Position numbers and translations under genes: made by a program. Positions 28,071-39,400 of a stretch of DNA of 64,000 nucleotides are shown one piece after another; positions within the stretch are counted from its first letter, which is position 1; every line of letters begins with the position of its first letter. Source of the DNA: a virus; IMG/VR virus record IMGVR_UViG_3300031576_000021, positions 1 through 64,000 of that record, one strand, 5' to 3'. The notes beneath the pieces were generated by a model, which worked only from the letters and a program-made list of their open reading frames with translations, did no database searches and had not been told where the DNA came from.

Positions 28071-28237
28071 GTGGGGCATGGCAAACCGCAATCTCGATCC
28101 GATGACCGCCGACTCCGACCGCGACTATCTGGACGCGATCGGTCATCCGGCAGACGCGCATCGCCCGGGGACACGCGAGCCGCGCGGCTGTCGTGCCCCC
28201 CTCCCCTGCGAGTGCTGGACGTGCGATCCGCGGGAGG

Positions 28238-28696
28238 ATGACGATGTCACCTTCTGAGGCGTTGCCCGCGCACCCTCGCCAGCCCGATCCGACGCGAGCG
28301 CATTGTCGGAACGGCGAAGAGCAGTGCCACGGCTGCGCCTGCTGCGTGAAGGCGGCGAGCGTCGGGCTCATGCGCCTCCTCTGGCGGTGCTGCTGTTGTG
28401 GCGTGTCGGCGACGACGGTCCGCCAGCGCGAAGGCCACACGTACTGTAGCGGCGACTGTTTCCAGACGGCGACGGTCGTGGCCGGCGGCACGGTGTACTA
28501 CCGCGACTGCGTCATCACGTACGAGCCGAAGCCGATCCCGACGACGTCGTGCGACTTCGGCTGGGCACACGACGACTACGACGGCGCGCCGATCGACTCG
28601 GAAGATGGCTACGCGGCCGATAGCCGGTCCGGGTACGCCGGGTCGGTCGCCGCGTGCAAGGCCGAGATCGACGCGATGCACGAGGCGTCGTCATGA
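28238..28696 (+). CDS. Hypothetical Cys-rich phage protein
   Basis: GGAGG just upstream; C-terminal YEPKPIP...HDDYDGAP...CKAEID segment. Confidence 0.5.
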   Translation: MTMSPSEALPAHPRQPDPTRAHCRNGEEQCHGCACCVKAASVGLMRLLWRCCCCGVSATTVRQREGHTYCSGDCFQTATVVAGGTVYYRDCVITYEPKPIPTTSCDFGWAHDDYDGAPIDSEDGYAADSRSGYAGSVAACKAEIDAMHEASS

Positions 28697-29089
28697 GGGC
28701 CACTCGCAGGGGGCTCGTGATCGCCGCATTGTTCGGGCTGGGCTGCGGCCACGTCCTGAGTCGCGTGCTCGATCAGGTGGCACGCTATCTCGGGACGCCA
28801 TGAGCCGCGCGGCGCAAGGGGGTGTGATGGACGACCAGGAAGACAAGCGGGACGCGGCACTCCGGGCCGTACTCCTGTTCTACGAAGCACCCTACTGGTC
28901 GGACAGCATCCAGAACCCGACGACAGCAATTCATCACCGCATCGCGGCCCAGCTCGTCGTCGAGAACGCCGATCAGGTGGCGACCTATCTCGTCGAGCAC
29001 ATGACTCCCGGCACGATCCGTGTGGCCTGCGTCGATGGCACGCTCGCGGTCCTGGCGCCAGACGGGACGGGGCTGCGGCTGGTGCAGGC

Positions 29090-31108
29090 ATGATCCTGCA
29101 CCGCGAAGAGGCGACCTGGGTGGCCGACTCCTCGTTCGAGGAGAAGGACGTGGTCAAGGCGGCGCGGTTCCGCTGGGACCCAGCGAAACGTCGCTGGTGG
29201 ACGGATCAGCTGGACCGCGCGGCGCTCCTCGCGGCGTACGCCGACGACGACTGCCGGTCTGAGCTGACCGCGCGGCGCGAAGCGATGGAAGCGGCGAAGG
29301 CGGCGAGTCGGGCGACTGATGCGGCGATCGACCTGCCCTGTCCCGATGGGCTCGCCTACCTGCCCTTCCAGCGGGCGGGCATCGCGTACCTGCTGGAACG
29401 GCCGGCGGCGCTCCTCGCGGACGAAATGGGGCTCGGGAAGACGGTCGAAATTCTCGGCGTCATCAACGCGGACAGCGCCGCGCGGCGCAACCTCGTAGTC
29501 TGCCCCGCGCATCTGCGGCTCAACTGGCAGCGCGAGGCCGAGCGGTGGCTGGTCCGCCCGACGCGCATCCTCGTCGCGACCGCGGCCTCATGGCCGGCGG
29601 ATGTCGAGCCCGACGATCGGGATGTCCTCGTGATCGGGCACTACGAGACGTGCGTGAAGCACGCCGCCACGATGCAAGCGATCGACTGGCATGTCGTGGC
29701 GATTGATGAAACCCACTACATCAAGAATCCAAAGGCGAAGCGCTCGATGGCCGTGTACGGCATCCCGGCGCGGCGCCGCATTCTGGCGACCGGCACACCG
29801 ATCGTGAACCGGCCGAAAGAATTGTGGCCGCTGCTCAACCAGCTCGACCCGACGGGGTGGCCCAAGTTTTTCTCGTTTGCGATGCGCTACTGCGCGGCGA
29901 CGCAGAACCGTTGGGGCTGGGATTTCTCCGGCGCATCAAACCTCGACGAGCTACAGGACCGGCTGCGCGAGACGATTATGGTCCGTCGGCTGAAGCGTGA
30001 CGTGCTGACTGAGTTGCCGGCGAAGACGCGGCAGATCATCGAGCTACCCGTCAACGGCTGCGCCAAGGCGGTTGCCAAGGAACGGGCGGCGCTCGCCAAG
30101 CTGCTCAAGTCGGACGATCCATACGCGGCGGCCGTCAACGCGCTCGACGATGGGCCCGGCGCGCTGTTCACCGAGATGGCGGCGATTCGGCACGCGACGG
30201 CCATCGCCAAGGTGCCGGCCGTGATCGAGCATGTGATCGACGCGCTCGATTCACACGCCAAGGTGGTTTTGTTTTGCCATCACCATGATGTCGCTGATGC
30301 GTTGGTCGCGGGACTCGCGGCGTTCAAGGCCATCCGGGCGACCGGCCAGGACAGCGTCGAGGAGCGCCAGGCGGCGGTCAACGTCTTCCAGTCGGATGTG
30401 AATGTGCGCGTCATCGTGTGCAGCCTGTACGGCGCGGGCACGGGATTCACCCTCACGGCCGCCAACCTCGTCGTCTTCGCGGAGTTGGACTGGGTGCCCG
30501 GCACGATCACGCAAGCCGAGGATCGGCTCCACCGGATCGGCCAGACGGGCAACGTGCTCGTGCATCATCTCGTGATCGACGGCACGCTCGACTGCCGGCT
30601 GGCGCGGGTGCTGGTGAGCAAGCAAAAGATCGCCGACGCGGCGCTCGACAACCCGCACGACGACCGGGTGGCGTTGGCCGAAGAGGCGGCGCGCGCGGCC
30701 ATCGTGGCGGCCGAGAAGCGCGACGGTGCCCGCCTAACCACCGAGCAGCGCGAGGCCACCCTAGGCCCCCTGCCCGACTGCCCGGAGGGCCGCTACGCGC
30801 TCCCAAGCGCCACCGGCGCCAACGATCTCGACTTCTACCGGGTGGATCGGCCGACGGAGGGGCAGTGGGCCGGGCGGGTGTTCGTGACCCGCGTCCTCGG
30901 CGGGCACTCGACGCTCGACCCCGCGCTCCGTGTCCCCCGCTGGGCAGTGCGCAGCGTGCTGGAGCGGATCGTGGCAGCTGGCCCGCGCGAGGCGGCGATG
31001 CGCTACGGGCAGGAGCTGGGACACTGCGGGCGCTGTGGACGCTCGCTCACGGACGATCAGAGTCGCACGATCGGCCTAGGGGCGACGTGCGCAGCAGCGT
31101 GGAGGTGA
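29090..31108 (+). CDS. SNF2/HARP-like helicase with C-terminal Zn-finger (DUF6011-like)
   Basis: LLADEMGLGKT, DETH, ATGTPIVNRP, QAEDRLHRIGQ; CGRCGRSLTD...GLGATC. Confidence 0.92.
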   Translation: MILHREEATWVADSSFEEKDVVKAARFRWDPAKRRWWTDQLDRAALLAAYADDDCRSELTARREAMEAAKAASRATDAAIDLPCPDGLAYLPFQRAGIAYLLERPAALLADEMGLGKTVEILGVINADSAARRNLVVCPAHLRLNWQREAERWLVRPTRILVATAASWPADVEPDDRDVLVIGHYETCVKHAATMQAIDWHVVAIDETHYIKNPKAKRSMAVYGIPARRRILATGTPIVNRPKELWPLLNQLDPTGWPKFFSFAMRYCAATQNRWGWDFSGASNLDELQDRLRETIMVRRLKRDVLTELPAKTRQIIELPVNGCAKAVAKERAALAKLLKSDDPYAAAVNALDDGPGALFTEMAAIRHATAIAKVPAVIEHVIDALDSHAKVVLFCHHHDVADALVAGLAAFKAIRATGQDSVEERQAAVNVFQSDVNVRVIVCSLYGAGTGFTLTAANLVVFAELDWVPGTITQAEDRLHRIGQTGNVLVHHLVIDGTLDCRLARVLVSKQKIADAALDNPHDDRVALAEEAARAAIVAAEKRDGARLTTEQREATLGPLPDCPEGRYALPSATGANDLDFYRVDRPTEGQWAGRVFVTRVLGGHSTLDPALRVPRWAVRSVLERIVAAGPREAAMRYGQELGHCGRCGRSLTDDQSRTIGLGATCAAAWR

Positions 31109-31111
31109 ATC

Positions 31112-31405
31112 ATGATCGACTACAGCCGGGTGCGTGTGGACATTCGCGAAGCCGTCTTGCGCTACATCAACGACGGGTGGCAGCCCGGTGGCTTCCTCAC
31201 GGCGGTGCTGAGTAACAATCTGCGCGACGCCTTCGGGCGCGCGGACGCAGAAAACTTCGCCACGCTCGGCGACCTCGTCGGCTGGCTCTACAACCACGCG
31301 CCGAGTCCCTGCTGGGGCTCGCCGGAAAAAGTGGCGGCGTGGCTGGCTCAAGAGCCGTCGTATGTCGCGGGGGGGATGCCGGTGATCACCTGGGACGGCG
31401 TGTGA
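31112..31405 (+). CDS. Phage hypothetical protein
   Basis: GAGGTG RBS; PGGFLTAVLSNNL...RAD..N...CWGSPEKV. Confidence 0.7.
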   Translation: MIDYSRVRVDIREAVLRYINDGWQPGGFLTAVLSNNLRDAFGRADAENFATLGDLVGWLYNHAPSPCWGSPEKVAAWLAQEPSYVAGGMPVITWDGV

Positions 31406-31996
31406 TGACCGGCTATCTCCACAGCGAGGAGCGGGACTTAGGAGCGTATCCGATCGGACAGCGCACATACTGGCGCATCGTGCAGCGATGGACGCGGCGC
31501 GCGTACTGGCACGGGGTCATCGTCGGGTCGCTCGCAACGACGATGGCGGTGCTCGTGCTCCTCGTGCTCGCGGTCTGGGTGGATTGATGGACTACGATCG
31601 AGAGGATCGGTGGGCGAGTCGCGGCGTCGCGGTGGCGACGCTCCACGGGACGCGGTTCTTCCTGACGGCCACCGGCTGCGGTACGGACGTGCCCGACAAC
31701 GCCAAGGTCTTCCGCTCGCTGGCGGACGCGCAGCAGGCGTGCGACGCGGCGAACATCGACCCGGCCTGGGGCGAGCTGCGCGGGAAGTGGGAGGCCCTCA
31801 TCCCGTACCTGGCGTTCCCACTTGACGACGCCCCCCGTTCGGGCGCATGACGGCCACCTACAAAAGAAAGGGGCCGCCCCCGGGGGAGGGAGCGACCCCA
31901 ACGCCTACAAAACGAAAGGCCGTAGGTGTTGGGGTAGCACCAGATGCGCTGCGCGTCAACCCTCCCGCACCGTGGGCGGTGGAAGGGTGTGGGTGC

Positions 31997-32908
31997 ATGC
32001 GGAACGACAAACGGCTGCGAGTCGAGAGGTTGCTCCGACTCTACCGTCGACATGCGGGTGGCTGGCGCGGGTACTCGACCGCCAGCCAGGCGACGTTGGC
32101 CCGGAGGCTCGGGGTATCCCGCCGGACGATCCGACGGCTCACCACCACACTTTCAGAGGCGTCTGCCGTGACCGTAACGCGGCGCGGCAAGATGCTCTCA
32201 AACCAGGTGGAAGTGATGGGACAATTCCAGGCCAAAGTGATGGGACAATTGTCCCCGGAGCGAACTCTTACGCTGAGCGGTGGCCATGCCAAGCAGTGCA
32301 ACGGGGTAGTAGTATCGAACAACAGAAGTGCGCCATGCGGCGCACGTTGGGGGGGACGGATGCCACCACGACCGATCGGAAACGCGATCCGGGCCGCAGA
32401 GTCGGCAGCAAAGGGCCGTGTCGAGGCCACCCGTGCCGCTGGAGGCACGAGCCGGGCGATAGCGGCCACCTGGGAGCGGGCCTGCCGGGCGGCCTTCCCT
32501 GACGCGCCCTTGCGGGTTCTGGTGACCGGGAAGGACCTGAAGCAGGCGAAGGGGCTGCTGGCTGAGTACGGCACGACGGCGCTTGGGCTGGTCGAGTGGG
32601 GGGTGACGCAGTGGGCCGTGTTGCGGGGCCTGGGGGCCTGGTGGGCACGGGGGCTATCCCCGACGCCGACGTGGGCTGAATTTTACCGGTACCGGGAGGC
32701 GATCGCTGCCCACATGGGAGCCGCGCGGCTCCCCGTCGATCCGGTGCAGGCGGGGTACGAGGCCGAGTACGAGCGGAGCAACGAGCGGCGTATCTGTGCC
32801 CTGCTGTTGCGCGACCCTACCCTGACGCCGGAGCATCGGGCCGAAGTAGAGCGCAGGGCGGCGGGATGTGGGATGACGCCGGCCGTCTCGAAAGCGATCG
32901 GTTGGTGA
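31997..32908 (+). CDS. Replication initiator (N-terminal HTH)
   Basis: ASQATLARRLGVSRRTIRR HTH; internal direct repeats; upstream of a DnaC-like gene; start uncertain. Confidence 0.6.
   Translation: MRNDKRLRVERLLRLYRRHAGGWRGYSTASQATLARRLGVSRRTIRRLTTTLSEASAVTVTRRGKMLSNQVEVMGQFQAKVMGQLSPERTLTLSGGHAKQCNGVVVSNNRSAPCGARWGGRMPPRPIGNAIRAAESAAKGRVEATRAAGGTSRAIAATWERACRAAFPDAPLRVLVTGKDLKQAKGLLAEYGTTALGLVEWGVTQWAVLRGLGAWWARGLSPTPTWAEFYRYREAIAAHMGAARLPVDPVQAGYEAEYERSNERRICALLLRDPTLTPEHRAEVERRAAGCGMTPAVSKAIGW
32211..32255. repeat. Putative origin iterons
   Basis: aagtgatgggacaatt at 32211 and 32235; palindrome gggacaattgtccc at 32242-32255. Confidence 0.6.
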
Positions 32909-33148
32909 TGATAATCACCGAGCGCGGCTACTGCGTCCGCGACGACTGCCACCATCAGCCCTGGTGGCATGAACCGTCGGGCATGGATCGCGCGACCGGG
33001 ATACCGACGTCGTGTGGCAAGTGTGAGCTGTGTCCGTGCGTCGAGTACGTGGAGGAGACCCAACCACGATCGGATGGTTTGTGCTGATCGGCTTCCAGGC
33101 GTCCGATGGTAGTTTGACTATGCGAGCTAACCAACATCCGGGGGACCG

Positions 33149-33796
33149 ATGGGGTGCGAAGACGGGGACTGCGTGCGGGGGTGTCATCGGGGGTTCGTCT
33201 TTGAGCGTCGCGAGGATGGGTCGCGCTACACGACGCGCTGCCCGGAATGGAGGCCCCGCGTTGCTGTCGATACGACGGGGCTCGGCGCGCTGCGTGCCAG
33301 GACCTTCGAGACCTACCACCCGCAGACGCCTAGCCAGCGGAACGCGCTCGCGACGGTACGCTCGGCGACGACGGCCGGCACGGGACTCGTGCTCTCTGGA
33401 CCGCCGGGCGTCGGTAAGACGCACCTCGTCGCGGCGGCAACCGCATGTGCGCCGCGCGGCGCACTCTTCCGGCGGGTGGCCGACGTGATCGATACGTTGC
33501 GGGCAGCCGAGATGGCAGACGATGGGGACCGGCGCGCGGCCCTGCGTGAGGTGATGGCCGCGCCATTCCTCGCGCTCGACGATCTCGGCGCGGAGCGACC
33601 GACACCGTTCGGGCTCGAACGGCTCTGCCTGCTCCTCGACAATCGCGTGAACGAAGCGCGGCAGACGTTCGTGACGACAAACTATGCAGCGAAGGATCTG
33701 GCGGCGACACTCAGTGGGGTGGCGGGCGCGCGGCTCGTGTCGCGGCTGCGGGCCGTCGGGGCGTGGGTGATGATCGATGGCCCAGACGGGCGGTGA
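33149..33796 (+). CDS. DnaC/IstB-like AAA+ helicase loader
   Basis: GPPGVGKT, LALDDLGAE, TTN, RLVSRL. Confidence 0.9.
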   Translation: MGCEDGDCVRGCHRGFVFERREDGSRYTTRCPEWRPRVAVDTTGLGALRARTFETYHPQTPSQRNALATVRSATTAGTGLVLSGPPGVGKTHLVAAATACAPRGALFRRVADVIDTLRAAEMADDGDRRAALREVMAAPFLALDDLGAERPTPFGLERLCLLLDNRVNEARQTFVTTNYAAKDLAATLSGVAGARLVSRLRAVGAWVMIDGPDGR

Positions 33797-34311
33797 CACC
33801 TGCCTCGAAGCGAAAGCGAACAGTCAGGCGACACTGGGCCGCGCGGCGCAACGTGGGTAGCTGAGCATCTGGCCGGCGGCGACTTCAGGGTCTGGGTTGA
33901 TGGGTTGCACATCATCGTCCGCTGTCTGGAGTGCAAAGCCGAAGTGCTGGTGCCGCCCGACGTACTGGCGGCGTGGCCGGAGGATGTGACGGTAGATGTC
34001 CATGGGCACTGGAACGATTGACCGCGCACGGGAGGTGGCAGCGTGAAAATCCACGGCATTGAGTATTCGCAGGAGGATCTAGATCGCATGGCCGGCGACT
34101 GCGTGACGCGGGTCGGCAACACGATCGAGGATGTGCTCGGGAAGATTGGGCACCTCGGGCCGGCATTCACGATCCGGGTGGCGCGAGGAATCCTGCGTGT
34201 GGCGCTCGTGCGTACTGTGCCACTGTGCCGCGGAGCGAAGGCAAGCTGAGTCTATGGATGTTCGCGGCGCTGTGCCTACGCTCACTGCCCGCGGAGAGGG
34301 AACATTAAACC

Positions 34312-34665
34312 ATGGCGATTGACCGGCTCGTCGCCGATCTCTCGCGGCTGCGCATCCGCTACCAGACGGAGCGCGAGCTACAGGAAGCGCTCGCTGAGGC
34401 GTTGCTCGAAGAAGGCTGGCCGGTCGAAGAGGAGCACGTCATCGCCGCCGGCCGCGTCGACCTCTGGTGCGACGGCATCGCCATCGAGATCAAATGCAAG
34501 GGGAGCCACGGCGAGGTGCTCCGCCAGGTGCATCGGTACGCCAGCGATCCGGCCGTGACCGGCGTGATCCTCGTGACCGACAAGCTCCAGCATGCGCGCG
34601 GCTACCCGGCGACGATGGCCGAGAAGCCGGTGCGGGTCGTGTGCCTCCTGGGCGGGATGCGATGA
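34312..34665 (+). CDS. PD-(D/E)XK nuclease-like protein
   Basis: E..LQ...EEH...GRVDLWCDGIAIEIK...QVHRY. Confidence 0.7.
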   Translation: MAIDRLVADLSRLRIRYQTERELQEALAEALLEEGWPVEEEHVIAAGRVDLWCDGIAIEIKCKGSHGEVLRQVHRYASDPAVTGVILVTDKLQHARGYPATMAEKPVRVVCLLGGMR

Positions 34666-37600
34666 GTGGGACAACTATAGGACAGATGGCGGATAACTGT
34701 CGGCCCGACGGTGCGCTTACCTACGTCGCCGGGAGCTGGGAAGTTACGGCACCGCCGCACATCCTGCAACGCCTGAAACGGGTGTTCGCCGGCATTCACG
34801 AGCGGAACATCCACATTGCCCGGCTCTCCGACACGCCGGCCGTCGCGTACGATCTGCAATGGTTCTTGCAGCGCCATCCGCTGACCATCTCGCGGGAGAA
34901 CAGCGCCCGGTTGACGCAGCGGGCGGCGGCCTACGCGCAGCGGCAAGAGGACGTGCAGGCCATCCTCACGCACGGGCCACGCGAGACGTTCCCGCTAGCG
35001 TTGCCGCCACGGGACTACCAGCGCGTCGCGGCCGAGCTGGTGCTGCGCACGGGTGGGTTACTCCTCAGTGACGACGTTGGCATTGGCAAAACGGCGGTGG
35101 GCATCTGTCTGCTTGTGCAGAAGGTTGCGCGGCCTGCTCTTGTGGTGACGCTCACGCACCTAACGCTCCAGTGGGCCGCTGAGATTCGGAAGTTCGCGCC
35201 ACAGCTGCGCACGCACATCGTGCGACGCGGGACGCCATATCGCATGGCCGATGCGCGTGGCGAGCCGGACGTCGTGATCATGAACTACCACAAACTCGCC
35301 GGATGGGCGGGAGCGCTGGCGCCCGTCATGCGCGCGATCGTGTTCGATGAAGTGCAAGAACTGCGGACGGGGGAGAACGCGAATGGCAACCCAGTCCAGA
35401 AGTACGTTGCGGCCAAACAGATCGCGCTGCGGTGTGCGTATCGGCTCGGACTGAGTGTTGGTCCGCGCAGCGTCGTGGAATTGCGTGGTGGACCGTTCGG
35501 GGACGGGTGGGTGGGCTCCATCGAGGATGCCTGGGGTCTGGCTCGCGACGCGGCACCGCACTTCAAATGGCGTACTGGAGGCTACGAGCTACTGACGGAG
35601 GTCGCGGCAGAATCGCGTGGATGGGACGATGCGCGCGGCGTCTTTTGCTGGAAACCCGTACGGACATTCATTCGGCATTTATGCGATCGTGGTGTGCGCG
35701 AAGTGCAGTGTGGTGGGCAGCGCTTAACGTTGACGGACGACCACGCAATCTATCGCGCAACGCAAGCCGGCTTCGAGTCTGTGAGGGCGGACGCACTCGC
35801 CCCTGGGGATATTGTGCCGGTCGACACGGGGGGCGGGTGGACGTCGGGCATGCATGAGCAGCCATTTGACGTGACGGCGCTGCACGTCGACCGCGCGCAG
35901 ATCAATGTCAACCTGTCGCGTGTCTCGCGACGCGTCGTGGGCATGCGTCCTTGGGAATGGCGGAATTGCCACACGGAGGCGACGTACGGCCCGCGGCTGC
36001 CGCTGCGGGTCTACCGGCAGCATCGTGAGCGATTCCCGGTAGTCGGGCCGGTCTATGTCGGTCGTGGTCGTGCAGCGGCGTTGCCTGCTGCCCTCCGACT
36101 GAGCGACATGGCATATGTCTTGGGATTTTATCTCGGGGACGGCTGGGTGAGCGGGCCGCGCGTATGCTTTGCGGTCGAGCAGGCTCGCGTCGCGGACTTC
36201 ACGGAGCGGCTGGAGGCGTTGCCATTCGGATTGCGTCCCAAGGTGCGCACGATGCGTGGCGCGTCGGTGGAAATTCGCTGCACGCACGTACTCCTTGCTG
36301 AAGTGCTTCGGCAGGTCGTGCCCGGCCGCTGCTATGACAAGGCCATTCCGGCGGAATGGATCATGACGTGGCCGGAAGCGGCGCGACGCGAGTTGGCGCG
36401 TGGGTTGGTTGATTCGGATGGCCATGTGTCGCGACCCGGACGGCGGTGGGGCGCAGCCTACTCCACGACGTCATCCATCCTAGCCATGGGGTTCATGACG
36501 CTGCTGCGCAGCCTCGGCGTTCGGCCCGGCCTGCATGTGCGCATTCCCATGGATGGAGGAGTGATCGATGGTCGACAGATTCGCGGGCGCCGCGTGAGCT
36601 ACCAGGTGTATTGGAGTTGGGCCGCGTTTGTCGGTGCGCATGGCCGATACGTCGGGCATCGTTACCGGCACGGCTCGCGGCTGACGTTTAACGAAGCGCG
36701 CGTCTCGGGATCGCACAGTGTGCCGCCACCGCGGTACGTCTATGACCTGGAAATGGATGGGCACCCGTCGTTCGTTGCGAACGGGTTGCTTGTGCACAAT
36801 TCGGCCACCCCATTCTACAACTACGGCGGCGAGCTGTGGAACGTCTTGAACGTCCTACAGCCGGGCTGCCTCGGCTCACGCCTGGAGTTCGACATCGCCT
36901 ACACGACGCGCGTCGGCAACGGCAAGACGGCGATCCGCGAGCCGCGCGCCTTCGGCACGTTCCTCCGCAGCGAGGGGATCATGCTCCGGCGCACGCGCGA
37001 AGACGTCGGCCGCGAGCTGCCGCCCGTGATTCGCATCCCGCACGTCATCGAGGCCGATGCGTCGGTCCTCGACAAGATCAAGACCAGTGCGGCCGAGCTG
37101 GCGCGAATCATTCTGGGAGCGAGCGAGCAATTCCGTGGGCAGAAGATGCAAGCAGCGGAGGAACTGTCGAGCCAGCTACGACAGCATACGGGGCTGGCAA
37201 AGGCCCCCTTTGTGGCTGCCTTCGTCCGCATGCTGGTCGAGCAGGGCGAGCAAGTCGTGCTCTTTGGATGGCACCATGCCTGCTACAGTCTCTGGCGAGA
37301 ATTACTCACGCCGTGCGGCGTGGTCTTCTACACGGGAGCGCAGTCCGTCCCGCAGAGGGAAGAGGCCCGCAAGACGTTTCTCGACGGCACGGCCAAAGTG
37401 CTGGTCATGTCGCTGCGGGCTGGCGCTGGTCTCGACGGATTGCAAGGTGCCTGCCGCACGGTCGTCTTCGGCGAGCTGGACTGGAGCCCGGGGGCCATGG
37501 AGCAGTGCCTCTCGGGAGATACCGAGATCCTGACGCCAGACGGATTCCGTGGACCGGACGACATCTCCGTCGGCGATCTGGTCTGTGGCTTCGAGCCAAG

Positions 37601-38945
37601 CACCGGCTCGATGCGATGGGTGCCGGCGCAGGCTAAGACCGACCGGCAGCGCGGACCAACGGAGCGCATGTACGCAACCGCCACCGAAAAGATCGACGTC
37701 CGCGTAACCGAAGACCACCAGATGTTGGTACGACGACAGCAGCGCACAACGCACGGGGTGCGCCGGTCCACATGGGCATTCTCGACCGCCCGTGACGTTG
37801 CCAACAGGCACCGTCGATATATCCCGACCTGTGGACAGCAAAACGCGGCCGGCGTGCCGTTAACAGCACATGAACTCCGGCTGATTGGGTGGTTCCTGTC
37901 TGACGGCAACCTGAATCTCCATTCACGCACGCTCACAATTTATCAGGCCGCCCACCAGCCGTGGAACGCTAACATCATCGACACGCTGGACGGATGTGGC
38001 CTTAAGTGGTCGCGATTCCAACGAACCAGCCCGAAAGGGACGTTGATGAACTGGTACATGGTGCCGCGCGGGACGTTGAGGCCCTGGTCACGACGAGACA
38101 CGATCACGATGCGCGACATGCTGGCCGATGGGGCAACCTATACCACGATCGCTGCGGCGCTCGGGCGTTCGGCTGCGGCGATTGGAAAGAAGGCAAGGCG
38201 CGTGGATTCCTGGCATCGTGGCGCAGAGCGCGTGGGCCGTGGCTGGGATCATCTGGGCGAATATCTCGACAAAGATTTGAGCCCCAGACTTGAGTTGGCG
38301 ACCTCTGAGCAGTTGGAGCACCTCATCGAAGGGATACATCTCGGAGATGGGAGCAAGAACGACAAGCACGTGCGGCGGATCTACAGCATCAACAAGCGAT
38401 TCCTTGACCGCCTCCAGTCGCTCTGCGTGCGACGCGGGCTCTCGGCGCATATCTCTCCTCCGCGCGGTGGCGGCAAACCAATCTATACGATCTTCATTTC
38501 ACGCAGCGCAGATGCCGTGCTCCCGCGCGGCGTAAAGCCAAATGCATTCGGGATCGTATCCAGCAGTCCCAGTGAGCGAGTCTGGTGCGTGACGAACGCT
38601 CTTGGCACGCTGGTTACACGGCGCCACGGAAAGGTCGCGATCGTCGGCAACTGTGTGGGGCGTGTGCATCGTGATGGGCAGGCCGAACCCGTACGGGCGT
38701 TCTTCCTCTACGCCGAAACCGGGTCCGATCCGATCATGATCGACGTGCTCGGCGTCAAGCGGCAGCAGATCGAGAACGTGCGGGACCCCGACGCCGATTT
38801 CATCGAGAAGCTAGAGGTGTCGGGCGACCACGTCCGGCGGCTGGCCGAGGCGTATCTGGCGGGACTTGACACAAGGGCCGCAATAGGCCATAACGGACCC
38901 AAAGCGGCGCCACGGAGCGCCATGGTGGCTGCACGGAAGGTATGA
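34662..38945 (+). CDS. SNF2-family helicase with two inteins
   Basis: [34 protein letters not shown]. Confidence 0.9.
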   Translation: MSGTTIGQMADNCRPDGALTYVAGSWEVTAPPHILQRLKRVFAGIHERNIHIARLSDTPAVAYDLQWFLQRHPLTISRENSARLTQRAAAYAQRQEDVQAILTHGPRETFPLALPPRDYQRVAAELVLRTGGLLLSDDVGIGKTAVGICLLVQKVARPALVVTLTHLTLQWAAEIRKFAPQLRTHIVRRGTPYRMADARGEPDVVIMNYHKLAGWAGALAPVMRAIVFDEVQELRTGENANGNPVQKYVAAKQIALRCAYRLGLSVGPRSVVELRGGPFGDGWVGSIEDAWGLARDAAPHFKWRTGGYELLTEVAAESRGWDDARGVFCWKPVRTFIRHLCDRGVREVQCGGQRLTLTDDHAIYRATQAGFESVRADALAPGDIVPVDTGGGWTSGMHEQPFDVTALHVDRAQINVNLSRVSRRVVGMRPWEWRNCHTEATYGPRLPLRVYRQHRERFPVVGPVYVGRGRAAALPAALRLSDMAYVLGFYLGDGWVSGPRVCFAVEQARVADFTERLEALPFGLRPKVRTMRGASVEIRCTHVLLAEVLRQVVPGRCYDKAIPAEWIMTWPEAARRELARGLVDSDGHVSRPGRRWGAAYSTTSSILAMGFMTLLRSLGVRPGLHVRIPMDGGVIDGRQIRGRRVSYQVYWSWAAFVGAHGRYVGHRYRHGSRLTFNEARVSGSHSVPPPRYVYDLEMDGHPSFVANGLLVHNSATPFYNYGGELWNVLNVLQPGCLGSRLEFDIAYTTRVGNGKTAIREPRAFGTFLRSEGIMLRRTREDVGRELPPVIRIPHVIEADASVLDKIKTSAAELARIILGASEQFRGQKMQAAEELSSQLRQHTGLAKAPFVAAFVRMLVEQGEQVVLFGWHHACYSLWRELLTPCGVVFYTGAQSVPQREEARKTFLDGTAKVLVMSLRAGAGLDGLQGACRTVVFGELDWSPGAMEQCLSGDTEILTPDGFRGPDDISVGDLVCGFEPSTGSMRWVPAQAKTDRQRGPTERMYATATEKIDVRVTEDHQMLVRRQQRTTHGVRRSTWAFSTARDVANRHRRYIPTCGQQNAAGVPLTAHELRLIGWFLSDGNLNLHSRTLTIYQAAHQPWNANIIDTLDGCGLKWSRFQRTSPKGTLMNWYMVPRGTLRPWSRRDTITMRDMLADGATYTTIAAALGRSAAAIGKKARRVDSWHRGAERVGRGWDHLGEYLDKDLSPRLELATSEQLEHLIEGIHLGDGSKNDKHVRRIYSINKRFLDRLQSLCVRRGLSAHISPPRGGGKPIYTIFISRSADAVLPRGVKPNAFGIVSSSPSERVWCVTNALGTLVTRRHGKVAIVGNCVGRVHRDGQAEPVRAFFLYAETGSDPIMIDVLGVKRQQIENVRDPDADFIEKLEVSGDHVRRLAEAYLAGLDTRAAIGHNGPKAAPRSAMVAARKV
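35454..36800 (+). mobile_element. Intein (449 aa, Ser1) with LAGLIDADG endonuclease, in helicase motif III
   Basis: [10 protein letters not shown]...TDDH...LGFYLGDG...GLVDSDG...VYDLEM...LLVHN/SATP. Confidence 0.9.
37506..38651 (+). mobile_element. Intein (382 aa) with LAGLIDADG endonuclease and inserted HTH, in helicase motif VI
   Basis: [13 protein letters not shown]...TEDH...IGWFLSDG...GIHLGDG...VWCV...IVGN/CVGR. Confidence 0.9.
38866..38894 (+). promoter_or_regulatory. TTGACACAA-class promoter
   Basis: TTGACA-17-CATAAC inside the helicase 3' end. Confidence 0.55.
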
Positions 38946-39400
38946 GTGTTCTCAATCGGTGGGCAAACGCGGTGCTGCGCGAGAGTGTGGCCCGCGTCAT
39001 AGCGCGCCAGGAGGGCCGCATGATACGGGAAGCACAGGACGAAGATTCTCGGCGCGCACAGCTAGTGGCGCTGGTCGATCAGGCCGGCGACTTGCTGCGG
39101 GCCAAGGGCGAGGCCGAGCGGCACTACAACGATGCGCGGAGCGAGATCGCATCGCTTCTGGGGCTGCTCGATCTGACCGAGATCGAAGGCGAGCGGTTCG
39201 CCGCCAGCATGAAAGAGAAGATCGAGCACTACATCGACCCGGTGGCGTTCATCGCCGAGACGACGCAGAAGGTGCAGCGCCAGTGCTTGGCAGTCGTGAT
39301 GGTCAAGGCGAGGGAGGCGCTTGGTCCCGAGCGGTACTCCGCATTGGAGCGGAGCCGCGAGGGGCGGCCGTCGTTGCGGGTGACGGAGCGGAAGCTATGA
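38942..39400 (+). CDS. Hypothetical protein (recombination module)
   Basis: ATGA overlaps at both ends. Confidence 0.6.
   Translation: MSVLNRWANAVLRESVARVIARQEGRMIREAQDEDSRRAQLVALVDQAGDLLRAKGEAERHYNDARSEIASLLGLLDLTEIEGERFAASMKEKIEHYIDPVAFIAETTQKVQRQCLAVVMVKAREALGPERYSALERSREGRPSLRVTERKL

Noticed and set aside
33149-33796. IstB of an IS21 element
   Set aside because: No IstA or terminal repeats; the initiator-loader context indicates a DnaC-like role
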